Shown: piece by piece, positions 46,886-55,530 of the stretch
How positions within the stretch are numbered: position 1 is the stretch's first letter
Layout of the letters: each line of letters starts with the position of its first letter
Origin: an uncultured Acidimicrobiales bacterium
GTDB taxonomy: Bacteria > Actinomycetota > Acidimicrobiia > Acidimicrobiales > Aldehydirespiratoraceae
DNA length: 64,000 nt
Assembly: GCA_958296055.1 (NCBI GenBank)
Contig: CATQHS010000001.1
Coordinates: 225,917 to 289,916 of the forward strand
Reading direction: 5' to 3'
The notes under the pieces: generated by a model
What the model was told of the DNA's origin: nothing
What the model saw: the letters and a program-made list of their open reading frames with translations, nothing else
Database searches by the model: none
Program-made: the position numbers and the translations under genes

Positions 46886-47764
46886 TCAGGCGGCCCGCAG
46901 CGGGGCGGCCACCTGCTCGGCGAACCGCAGGGCGGGCTCGGCCGACTTCGGGTGGCCGAAGTCCATGACGAAATGGGTGACGCCCAGGCGGTGCAGGCCG
47001 GCCAGTTCCTCCAGCAGGGCGGCCGACTCCGAGTCGGAGGAGGGCAGGGGCCGTTCGACGGTGGCGGTGATCTCTATGGCGCCGGGGTCGCGCCCGGCGG
47101 CCTCGGCCGAGGCCCGCACGATGTCTCGCCGGGCCGCCCAGGCCTCGGGCCCGCCGTGCATCGAGCCGTTCCACATGTCGGCCCGGCGCCCGGCCAGCGG
47201 CAGCCCGTACCGCTCGCCGCTGGCCCCGATGCAGATCCGGGGCGGGGGGTCGGGCAACGGCGGGGCCGAGGCGCCGTCGATGGCGAAGTGCTCCCCGGCG
47301 AAGCTGGGGTGGTCCTCGGTCCACATGAGCCGGCAGATCTCGAGCGCCTCCTCGAGCTGGGCGAAGCGGACCGAGGGCCTAGGGAAGTCGTAGCCGTAGG
47401 CCCGGTACTCGTCGGAGCGCCACCCGGCCCCGATGCCGAGGGCGAAGCGGCCGCCCGACAGGGTCTGGAGCGTGGCCGCCATCTTGGCGGTGAGAGCGGG
47501 CGGGCGGTACCCGACGCCGAGCACGTGGTGGCACAGCATGACCCGGTCGAACTTCGCCGCCAGCCAGGTGAGGGTGGTCCACGCCTCCATGAAGGGGTCG
47601 GTGCGGGCGTCGAAGCCGTAGAAGTGATCGGCCACCCACAGCGAGTCGAAGTGGGGCAGCGCCTCGGGGAGGACGTGGCGCTCTTGGTGCACGACGATGG
47701 GCTGGTGGTCGCTCCAGCGGTTGCCGATGACCGGCGACAGCCAGCCGAACTTCACGTCGTGCAT
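46886..47764 (-). CDS. LLM-class flavin/F420-dependent oxidoreductase
   Basis: MHDVKFGW...SLWVADHF...GRFALGIGAGW is the luciferase-like pattern. Trimmed to ATG 47764. Confidence 0.8.
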   Translation of the reverse strand: MHDVKFGWLSPVIGNRWSDHQPIVVHQERHVLPEALPHFDSLWVADHFYGFDARTDPFMEAWTTLTWLAAKFDRVMLCHHVLGVGYRPPALTAKMAATLQTLSGGRFALGIGAGWRSDEYRAYGYDFPRPSVRFAQLEEALEICRLMWTEDHPSFAGEHFAIDGASAPPLPDPPPRICIGASGERYGLPLAGRRADMWNGSMHGGPEAWAARRDIVRASAEAAGRDPGAIEITATVERPLPSSDSESAALLEELAGLHRLGVTHFVMDFGHPKSAEPALRFAEQVAAPLRAA

Positions 47765-47900
47765 GATTCTCTCGGTTTCTCTTTCTCTCGGCGGGTTCTC
47801 GTTCTCTTGGCAGTTCTCGACCGCCGTGGGCTTGTAGCGTGGGGTCGGCTCTCGGGGCGCTCCGAGACCCGAGAATAGGGGCCGATCAGGAGGGAGCGGC

Positions 47901-48476
47901 ATGACCGACCTGTTGACCGAGCGGGCCGCCTTCACCCGCATGGACCGATCGACCCGGCACGACTGGGACGTCATCGGCCGCCACTTGGCGGACTACACCG
48001 CCAACACCCTGGCCGACCGGATCCTCGCCGAGCTGGCCCACATGGGCGGCGAGCACGGCGGCTTCGCCGTCGACCGCCTCACCCACAGTCTCCAGACCGC
48101 CCATTTGGCCGAGCAGGCCGGGCACGACGAGGAGTACCTGGTGTGCGCCCTGGTGCACGACATCGGCGACGGGCTGGCCCCGATGAACCACTGCGACTTG
48201 GCCGCGGCCGTGGTGAGGCCGTATGTGTCGGAGGCCAATCACTGGATGGTGCAGAACCACGGGGTGCTGCAGGGCTACTACTTCTGGCACCACATCGGCT
48301 GGGACCGCAACGCCCGGGACGCCCTCAGGGGCTGCGAGCACTACGAGTACACCGAGGAGTTCTGCGCCAAGTACGACATGTTGGCCTTCGACCCCGACGG
48401 GGTGACGCCGCCGTTGTCGCACTACGAGCCGCTGATCCGCTCGACGTTCACCTACGTCGATTACGCCGAGGGTTGA
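47901..48476 (+). CDS. HD-domain protein (PhnZ-like putative diiron oxygenase/phosphohydrolase)
   Basis: THSLQTAHLA...ALVHDIGD is the HD motif. Its 191 aa length is similar to PhnZ-type HD proteins. Confidence 0.6.
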   Translation: MTDLLTERAAFTRMDRSTRHDWDVIGRHLADYTANTLADRILAELAHMGGEHGGFAVDRLTHSLQTAHLAEQAGHDEEYLVCALVHDIGDGLAPMNHCDLAAAVVRPYVSEANHWMVQNHGVLQGYYFWHHIGWDRNARDALRGCEHYEYTEEFCAKYDMLAFDPDGVTPPLSHYEPLIRSTFTYVDYAEG

Positions 48477-48485
48477 CCCGCTCGG

Positions 48486-48968
48486 TCAGCCGAGAGCGAA
48501 GCGCTCGACGGTCTCGTAGGCGCCTGAGGGCTCGACCCTCACCAAGGCAATCTCGGAGGCAGTGAACGACGCCTCGACCGCGGGCCCGTAGCCGGGCGGG
48601 GGTCTGCGGTTGAGCCGGGCCACGGTGAGGTGGCCAACGAAGGGCCGGTCCGGCGGCGGCTGGCCCAGGTGACCGGTGGCGGCGACCGCGGCGGCGGCCA
48701 GCCCCTCGGCCCCCCGGGCCGGGATCATCAGCACTCCCCGGCCAAGCCGCTCGACAGCCGGCCCCAGCGCCACGGCCGCCGCCGGGGCCCGCAGGCCCCT
48801 CAGCGCGCCCGCTGCCGCGTCCTCGTCGGCCTCGCCCAGGAACCGCAGCGTCACGTGAAGCCGGTCCGGGGCAGTCCAGCGAACCCCCGGCACGTCCGGG
48901 CGGGGCATCCGGGCCAGCGTCTCGATCACGTCAGCGGGCGGCCAGAGGGCCACGAACAGGCGGGGCAC
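48486..48968 (-). CDS. thpR: RNA 2',3'-cyclic phosphodiesterase (2H family, ThpR/LigT)
   Basis: Two HxT motifs (HVTLRF, HLTVAR) and LFVALWPP at the N-terminus. Trimmed to GTG 48968 because the upstream part of the track ORF is repeat-element sequence. Confidence 0.8.
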   Translation of the reverse strand: MPRLFVALWPPADVIETLARMPRPDVPGVRWTAPDRLHVTLRFLGEADEDAAAGALRGLRAPAAAVALGPAVERLGRGVLMIPARGAEGLAAAAVAATGHLGQPPPDRPFVGHLTVARLNRRPPPGYGPAVEASFTASEIALVRVEPSGAYETVERFALG

Positions 48969-49000
48969 GGCTCGACGGTATTGCCCCGAGGCCTGCGGGG

Positions 49001-49152
49001 CGTCCCGGCCGGCGGGTCCTGTCACGGCTGGCGGATTGCCCCAGCGGTTGGGTTGGTTGCGGGGCGTCCCGGCCGGCGGGTCCTGTCACGGGGGCGGTCG
49101 TCGCCGCAAGCGGCGCCGACGCTGACCCCCGTGCCACCCCCCGGCCTGGCGC
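49001..49152 (+). repeat. Palindromic repeat element, copy C (with duplicated GTCCCGGCCGGCGGGTCCTGTCACGG module)
   Basis: GTCCCGGCCGGCGGGTCCTGTCACGGGGGCGGTCGTCGCCGCAAGCGGCGCCGACGCTGACCCCCGTGCCACCCCCCGGCCTGGCGC. Confidence 0.85.
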
Positions 49153-49160
49153 GCTGCTCA

Positions 49161-49340
49161 CCAGTCAAGGACATTCACCGACGAGCGGTCAGCGGGGTCC
49201 CCGCGTGCTGACCCAGTCAAGCGACTGCTTGAAGCCAAGGACATTCACCGACGAGCGCTCGACGGGGTCCTCGCGTGCTGACCCAGTCAGGCGGCTGCTT
49301 GAGGCCAGGGGCATTCACCGACGAGTGGTCGCGGGAGGGG
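49161..49340. repeat. 70-bp x2.5 tandem repeat
   Basis: AAGGACATTCACCGACGAGCGGTC.GCGGGGTCC.CGCGTGCTGACCCAGTCA.GCG.CTGCTTGA.GCC units start at 49167, 49237 and 49307. Confidence 0.9.
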
Positions 49341-49364
49341 CTCGTGCCGTCCCGGCCGGGCTGG

Positions 49365-50897
49365 TCATGATCCGGCCCGAATCTTGGCCGGTGGTCTCGG
49401 GGCCGGGACGTAGCCCTGGACGCTGGCCCGGGTTCGGCTCGCAGGATCGCTCCTGTTGGAGAGAGCTACCGTTTCGACGCGGGAGTCACAGTTGTCCCGC
49501 AGGTTTCGGCCAGCGGGGTCGCTCCGGTTGGAGGGACTGCTTGAGCCAGCCGAGTCAAGGCTGGCGGGTTTTCGGGCGGTGCGGGTGGGCCGGGGCTGGT
49601 TGGGGGTGTGGGTGGCCCATTGGCCGTTGGGTGCTCGGGTGAGGGTGAGGTTGTGTTGGTGGATGTGGTGGTGGTGTCGGTTGCAGACCAGGGCGAGGTT
49701 GTCGATGTCGGTGGGGCCTTGGGCGGGGGCGGTCCAGGGGACGATGTGGTGGGCGTGGCAGTGGCTGGGGCTGGCCGCGCACAACACGCAGCCGCGGTCT
49801 CGGGCTATGAGCGTTCGCCATTGCTGGGGGGAGACGGTTCTGGTCTTGCGGCCGTGCCACAACGGCAGGCCGTCGCGGGAGAACAGGGCCCCGAACAGGT
49901 CGGCCTCGCAGGCCAGGCGCTCTAGTTCGGAGCGGGGGATGGGGCCGGTGCCGGGGATTTCGCAGCGGGCGTCGGGGTCGGCACCGGTGATGGCGTCAGT
50001 GTGGGCGATGACGAGGATCTGATTGCGCAGACTCGGGGGCTTGTCCCGGCCGGCGGGTCCTGTCACGGGGGCGGTCGTCGCCGCAAGCGGCGCCGACGCT
50101 GACCCCCGTGCCACCCCCCGACTTGGCGCACCGGGCTCCGGCCCGGGCTCTTGCTCGCCGAGCGTGTTGGCGCCGTTGTCGGGGTCTGGGGCGGGGGTGG
50201 GGGTTATTCCCAGGGCGGCGGTTAGGGCGTCGGCGTTGCGCTGGTCCCAGGTGCGGATCTGGTCGGGTTTGGCGTCTCGGCCGCCGTCGGCTCGATAGAG
50301 GCGGTTGGCGATGTCGTCGATTACGGCCCGGGCCTGGGCACCGGTGACGGGGTCCAAGCGGGTGCGGAAGTTGACCATGCCTTCGCCGTCGCACCAGGCC
50401 CGGTGGCTGCGCATGGCCCGCTGGCGGCGGAACTTGGCCTCACGGTCTGCCGCCGTTTGGTGACGGTGAGCCCAGTCGGCGACCTCCCGGCCGGCCAGAT
50501 CGGCGGGCAGCGCCTTTGCCTTCTCCAGCAGGCCCGCGTCGGTGTCCACCGTCTCGGCCGAGGTGGTCCGGGCGGCTTGCACCAAAGCGTCGGCGTGCTC
50601 GGCGGTGATATCGCCCTCGGCCAGGGCGCCGGCCACCGCAGGCATCTGGTCCAAAACCTCGGCCCGGCGCAGCCGCCGGCGAGCCTCGCGCTGAGAACAG
50701 CCCCCGACGTCACGCAACAACTCCATGCCCGCCGCCGGGTCGAAGGTCCGATCGGCGGCCGCAGTCAACAGGCGGGCCTCCAAAGCGTCCACCGCCGCCC
50801 GCACCCGCTTCGCTCCGGCCGCCGTCTCGTGCAACTCGGCCAGGCCCATGGTCGCCACATTCAAGGCGTTCAGTTGGGTGACGATCCGGTCGAACAC
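49365..50897 (-). CDS. HNH endonuclease with N-terminal DUF222 (REP13E12-type family)
   Basis: DUF222-like N-half and an HNH C-half (CHAHHIVPW...NLALVCNRHHHHIH). It carries repeat copy D in frame. Confidence 0.85.
   Translation of the reverse strand: MFDRIVTQLNALNVATMGLAELHETAAGAKRVRAAVDALEARLLTAAADRTFDPAAGMELLRDVGGCSQREARRRLRRAEVLDQMPAVAGALAEGDITAEHADALVQAARTTSAETVDTDAGLLEKAKALPADLAGREVADWAHRHQTAADREAKFRRQRAMRSHRAWCDGEGMVNFRTRLDPVTGAQARAVIDDIANRLYRADGGRDAKPDQIRTWDQRNADALTAALGITPTPAPDPDNGANTLGEQEPGPEPGAPSRGVARGSASAPLAATTAPVTGPAGRDKPPSLRNQILVIAHTDAITGADPDARCEIPGTGPIPRSELERLACEADLFGALFSRDGLPLWHGRKTRTVSPQQWRTLIARDRGCVLCAASPSHCHAHHIVPWTAPAQGPTDIDNLALVCNRHHHHIHQHNLTLTRAPNGQWATHTPNQPRPTRTARKPASLDSAGSSSPSNRSDPAGRNLRDNCDSRVETVALSNRSDPASRTRASVQGYVPAPRPPAKIRAGS
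50043..50131 (+). repeat. Palindromic repeat element, copy D (inside the HNH/DUF222 CDS)
   Basis: Nearly identical to copy C. It is translated in frame as ...SRGVARGSASAPLAATTAPVTGPAGRDKPP... Confidence 0.85.
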
Positions 50898-51093
50898 GAC
50901 GCACTCCTATCCAGCCGATCCCCGAAGGGACCGAAGTCGAATCTGAAACTGCGGCCAGCCGAAGCCGACGAATCACCAGTCCGGGGAAGTGCCAGAACCT
51001 CCGAACGGTTAGTTCAGGAAGTTCGGTGACCGGTAACGACAATGTATCAGAGCCCTGTGACACTCCCAACACCCGTTCGAAAAAACGAAACGA

Positions 51094-51891
51094 TTACAGG
51101 GGCAGAGACCGGCCCGCCTCGCGCAGACGGCGGCGGCGGTGCTGAGCGTCGGGCATGACGGCGGCCACGATCCGCCAGAACTCGGGCGAGTGGCTCCTGA
51201 CCGCCAGATGGGCCAGCTCGTGCACCACTATGTAATCGATCAGCGCCGGCTCGAGCATCACAGCCCGCCAGTTGAATCGCAGGGTGCCGTCGGGGGCGCA
51301 ACTCCCCCACCGCTGGCGCTGGTCGCGGATCAGCACCCGGGGAATGGGGCTCCGGCCCAACCGGGGCTGCCAGCGACCGACGCAGGCCGGCAGCCGCTCG
51401 CCAGCCCGGCCCCGATACCACCCCACCACAGCTCGGCGGACCCGCTCTCGGCGCTCGTCGCCTTCGAGGAACTGAGGCACGGCGATGCGGAAGCGCCAGT
51501 GGTCGAAGCGGACCTCCGGCGAGCGGACCCCGCCAACAGAAGGCTCGACGATCAGACGGACGTTGCGGCCCAGGTAGGGCAGCGTCTCGCCGCTGACGAA
51601 CCGCCGGGGCGTCGGGGCCAGGCTCGAAACCGATCCGGCCGCTCCCACGGCCCCGCCAGCCTCAGCCAGGCGGGCCAGTATCCACGCCGCCCGTTTCGTG
51701 ACGATGGCCCGCACCTCGGCACCAGATGTTGCTGACGGCGCGGCCACCTGCACTCCCCCGCCGTCCACGGTGATCTGGACCGTCTTGTGCCGCCGCGGGC
51801 TGCGGCGGATCTCGTACTCGATGGTGGTGGCGCCGAAACGGACGGAGTCCCGCTCAGCCACCGACCCGGCCGTCACCACTCGACCGGCCAC
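51094..51891 (-). CDS. M48-like zinc metallopeptidase, DUF45/YgjP family
   Basis: HELAHL zinc motif, WGSC, and the IEYEIRRSPRRHKTVQITV N-terminal pattern. It lies directly downstream of hsdR, a common arrangement. Confidence 0.8.
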   Translation of the reverse strand: MAGRVVTAGSVAERDSVRFGATTIEYEIRRSPRRHKTVQITVDGGGVQVAAPSATSGAEVRAIVTKRAAWILARLAEAGGAVGAAGSVSSLAPTPRRFVSGETLPYLGRNVRLIVEPSVGGVRSPEVRFDHWRFRIAVPQFLEGDERRERVRRAVVGWYRGRAGERLPACVGRWQPRLGRSPIPRVLIRDQRQRWGSCAPDGTLRFNWRAVMLEPALIDYIVVHELAHLAVRSHSPEFWRIVAAVMPDAQHRRRRLREAGRSLPL

Positions 51892-51963
51892 CCAGTTGCC
51901 GCCACCCGGCCGGTCACCCGGACCGCCCGTTCGCTCACCACCCGGCCGTCACCAGCCCGCTCC

Positions 51964-54900
51964 TCACCGGCTGCTTCTCCGGCGGGCCAGCTCCACCACC
52001 CGGCCAGCCAGCTCGTCCAACTGCTCCTCGGTGTGGGCGCCCGCGGGCCTGAGCTGGCGCTTGACGTCCCGGCGCATCTGGCGCTGGACCTCCAGGTTCG
52101 ACTGCCAGTCCACGACGGCGCGATGGCGCTCCACCGCCGACTCGATCCTCAGAGCGAACCGCTTGGCCTCCTCGTCAAGACGCACCCGGCCTCCAGACCC
52201 GGCCCCAGCCTCCCCCTCCGAGAGCCCGGCCTCCCCCGCTCCGGCCGAACCGGCCGAACCGGTCGAAGAAGGCCCCGGCTCCTCCAGTCGCCTGTCGAGC
52301 AGCTCGTAGACGGCGAAGGCCAGCGGCGACAGGCCGTGCTCGGCGGCGAAGTCGTCGAGGCGCAGGATCTGCTGGGCCACCGCGGCCAGGCGGTGACAGG
52401 CCTCGGCCGAGTCGATCAGCCGGTTGCGCAGGTCCTCGATGACCCGGGCGAGCTGGTCCGAGAGCCGCTCGAAGAACGCCGGGTTCTCGCCCAAGCGCTC
52501 GTGGATCTGAGCCCGGATGGCGTGTTCCATCACCGAGGCCCTGGCCTCGTCGCCGGGCAGGCTGGCGATCTTCCGCTCGAAGTCGGCGTCGAGGATGGAT
52601 ATCGGCTTCATCATCTCCCGCACCCGGGCGCTGATGCGCTCATCGATCAGCTTCTTGACCTTCGCCCCGATCTCGGTCCAGTCGGCGGCGGCGTCCTCGC
52701 GCAGGAACTGGGCCCGGACGCAGGCCCGTATCTCGGTGAGGCGAGCCAGCCGGTCCCGGTAGTCCAAGGCCCGGGGGTCGGGCAGGAAGCGGTCCATGAG
52801 GATCGAGAACTGGCGGTAGTCGGCGTTGAACCGCTCGAAGAGATCGACCTTGAAGGCACCGTCGGTGGAGGCGTCGGGGGCGAAGACGGCCACGCACGCC
52901 CACGTGTCGCCGAAGTCGCGACCCCCGAACCAGGACTCGGCCGCGGCGGCGGCCGACTCGATGACCTCGGCCGGGTCCTCTTCCATCTCCCACATGGCCC
53001 CCTGGACATCCGACTGGTCGAAGGCGGACAGCACCTCCTCCAAGTCGCGGGAGACGCCGCAGTAGTCCACCACCAAGCCGAAGGTCTTCTCGGTGGCCAC
53101 GCCATCGAACACGTGGGAGAACCGGCGGTTCACCCGGGCGATGGCCTGGAGCAGCCCGTGCTCCCGCAACCCTCGGTCGAGGTAGAGCACCTGCTCCACC
53201 GGGGCGTCGAACCCGGTGAGCAGCATGTCCACCACCACCAGCACCTCGGGGTCGCCCTCGGGATCGACGAAGGCCTCGGTGACCAGGCTCTGGTTCAGCT
53301 CACGGGCCGTATTGAACTCGCGCCCGTCTTGGGGGGTGGTGGTGATGATCGGGAAGGCGCTCACCCCGAAGTTGATCAGGTGACCGGCGTAGCGCACCGC
53401 CGCGGCCCGGCTGGGGGCCACCACCTGGGCCTTGAACCCGTTGGGACGCACCTTGGCCTTGAAGTGCTCGGCGATGTCGAAGGCGATCATCTCAATCCGG
53501 CGCTCGGCCTCGGCCACGGTCTCCTTGTTCCCGTAGCGGCGGCGCAGCCGGGCCCGCACCTCCTCGGGCTGGTCGCTGAACAGGGCATCGAAGAGCTGGT
53601 CGAGGGTGTCGGGGCCTTCGACGGCCAGATCGGGGAGCCGGGCCTCGTAATAGATGGGCACAGTCGCCCCGTCGGCCACCGACTGGGGGATGGTGTAGGA
53701 GTCGATGAGGGGCCCGAACCGGCGCATGGTGCTGCGCCGAAACCCCTTGTCGATGGGGGTGCCGGTGAAGCCGAGCAGCGTGGCGTTGGGCAGCGCTTTG
53801 GACATGCGGGCCCCGAGCGTGCCGTACTGGGTGCGGTGGGCCTCGTCCACCATGACGATCACGTTCTCGGAGGGGTCGAGCACGTCCAGTTCCCCCTCGG
53901 GCGCGGTCAGGGCCTCCTCGAACTTCTGCACCGTCGTCATCACCGTGCGGCCCGCGCCGGTGGTGAGCAGTAGGCGCAGGTCGCCGGTGCTCGACGCCCG
54001 CTCGGGGGCGGGGAAGCCGCAGCGCTGGAAGGTGGCGGTGATCTGACGGTCGAGCTGGGTCCGGTCGGTCACCATCACGATGGTCGGGTTGTCGAGGCCG
54101 GGCTGGCGGCGCAGCTTGCCGGCCAGCCACAACATGGTCAGCGACTTGCCGGAGCCCTGGGTATGCCACACCACGCCGCCCCGCTCGGCGGGGGTGCGGC
54201 CCCTCAGGACCCGCTCCAGGGCGGCCCCGACGGCCCGATGCTGGTGGTAGCGGGGCAGCTTCTTCACCACTTTGCCCTGCTCGGGCTCGTATACGACGTG
54301 GTCGCGCATAACGTCGAGCAGAACGACCGGGTCCAGCAGCCCGACGATGAGCCGGTTCTGGCCCTCGGGCTCGACCCCAAAGCGCTGCCGCACCTCGTCC
54401 TCGGAGTAGGGCAGCACCGACTTCCACCCGACATAGGCATTCTCCGGCGCGCCGAGCCCGGCGAAGACGGCGTCGGTCCCGCAGTGGGCCACGCTCATCA
54501 GATTCCAGGCGAACAACTCGGGCGCACCCCGGCCGTGCCATTCCGGCGACGACTCCTGATAGCGCCGGAGTTGGTTCACCGCCTTGGTCTTCCACCGGTC
54601 GTGCAGCGCCAGCGACTTGGCTTCCATAACCACCAGCGGTATGCCGTTGACGAACAGCACCAAGTCGGGGATGACGGACCGCTCGTCGTCGTCGGGATCA
54701 CCGCGCCCGCTGCCGCTGAGGACCCGGAACTGGGTGGTGACCACGAAATCGTTGAGGCCGCTGTGGGGGTGGTCGAAATCGAAGAAGCGGACCGTGCGGG
54801 TCCGCCGCCCCTTGGGGGTGTCGGTGTCGAGGGGCATCCCGTAGGTGAGGTATTCGTGGACAATCTGGTTGCGGGCCATCCCGACCGCGTCGACATGCCC

Positions 54901-55116
54901 AAGGTCGAAGATCACCCGCTCGGCCTGGCTCTCAGTCATCCACTCGTTGAGCCGCAGCAGCGCCCGCGTCAGCCGACCCCGGAGCAGCACATCCCGTTCG
55001 TCCCCGCGCTCAGCCGCCAGGGCGTCCCGGTGGACATACGTCCATCCCAGCTTCTCCAGCAGCCGCCGGGCTGGTCCCTCAGCGTGGTCGAACTCGTTGA
55101 GCTTGGTGGAAGTCAT
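51964..55116 (-). CDS. hsdR: Type I restriction endonuclease subunit R
   Basis: 1050 aa with an N-terminal nuclease region (PDLVLFVNGIPLVVMEAK), SF2 helicase motifs (TQGSGKS, DEAH, TGTP) and a C-terminal domain. Confidence 0.95.
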   Translation of the reverse strand: MTSTKLNEFDHAEGPARRLLEKLGWTYVHRDALAAERGDERDVLLRGRLTRALLRLNEWMTESQAERVIFDLGHVDAVGMARNQIVHEYLTYGMPLDTDTPKGRRTRTVRFFDFDHPHSGLNDFVVTTQFRVLSGSGRGDPDDDERSVIPDLVLFVNGIPLVVMEAKSLALHDRWKTKAVNQLRRYQESSPEWHGRGAPELFAWNLMSVAHCGTDAVFAGLGAPENAYVGWKSVLPYSEDEVRQRFGVEPEGQNRLIVGLLDPVVLLDVMRDHVVYEPEQGKVVKKLPRYHQHRAVGAALERVLRGRTPAERGGVVWHTQGSGKSLTMLWLAGKLRRQPGLDNPTIVMVTDRTQLDRQITATFQRCGFPAPERASSTGDLRLLLTTGAGRTVMTTVQKFEEALTAPEGELDVLDPSENVIVMVDEAHRTQYGTLGARMSKALPNATLLGFTGTPIDKGFRRSTMRRFGPLIDSYTIPQSVADGATVPIYYEARLPDLAVEGPDTLDQLFDALFSDQPEEVRARLRRRYGNKETVAEAERRIEMIAFDIAEHFKAKVRPNGFKAQVVAPSRAAAVRYAGHLINFGVSAFPIITTTPQDGREFNTARELNQSLVTEAFVDPEGDPEVLVVVDMLLTGFDAPVEQVLYLDRGLREHGLLQAIARVNRRFSHVFDGVATEKTFGLVVDYCGVSRDLEEVLSAFDQSDVQGAMWEMEEDPAEVIESAAAAAESWFGGRDFGDTWACVAVFAPDASTDGAFKVDLFERFNADYRQFSILMDRFLPDPRALDYRDRLARLTEIRACVRAQFLREDAAADWTEIGAKVKKLIDERISARVREMMKPISILDADFERKIASLPGDEARASVMEHAIRAQIHERLGENPAFFERLSDQLARVIEDLRNRLIDSAEACHRLAAVAQQILRLDDFAAEHGLSPLAFAVYELLDRRLEEPGPSSTGSAGSAGAGEAGLSEGEAGAGSGGRVRLDEEAKRFALRIESAVERHRAVVDWQSNLEVQRQMRRDVKRQLRPAGAHTEEQLDELAGRVVELARRRSSR

Positions 55117-55530
55117 GAGGCTTGGATCAATTCCAATTCGGGTATTCCTTGGAAATCTCGGTCAGGAAGCAAAGCGGACTATTCAACAAAAGTGCCGTTA
55201 GCAGCAATCCACGCGTCCGCTTATGCGGTCTAAAGCTTTGATACCTAGCTAAAGCGTCGGAGCTATCCGACCGAGTCGATAGAATTAATTCAACCTCAAG
55301 CGATCCAGAAGAAGATGAACACTGCCGAAGCCTACTTAAAATTTGCTTCCAATTCAAAGAGTCGCCCTTTTGAAAATTATGGCAAATCAGATCATAAATC
55401 ATTAGACAAACCGCTCTCTGAATATGACCGCAAGTTGTTTGTAAATCAACTACCCTGTCCATACTAAGGTAAGGTCCCTTCAAATACTACAAGTAACTGA
55501 CTGGTCATCATGCTCCTATCGTTGAAGTAT

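Noticed and set aside
55127-55483. 118-aa TTG-initiated minus-strand ORF between the TIR-like gene and hsdR, and a 50-aa plus-strand ORF (55315..55467, MNTAEAYLKFASNSKSRPFENYGKSDHKSLDKPLSEYDRKLFVNQLPCPY).
   Set aside because: Neither has a convincing RBS or recognisable motifs. The 118-aa product is Ser/Leu/Cys-rich and uses a TTG start, and the two overlap on opposite strands so at most one is real. I treat the segment as an AT-rich junction spacer of uncertain coding status that is worth a homology search.
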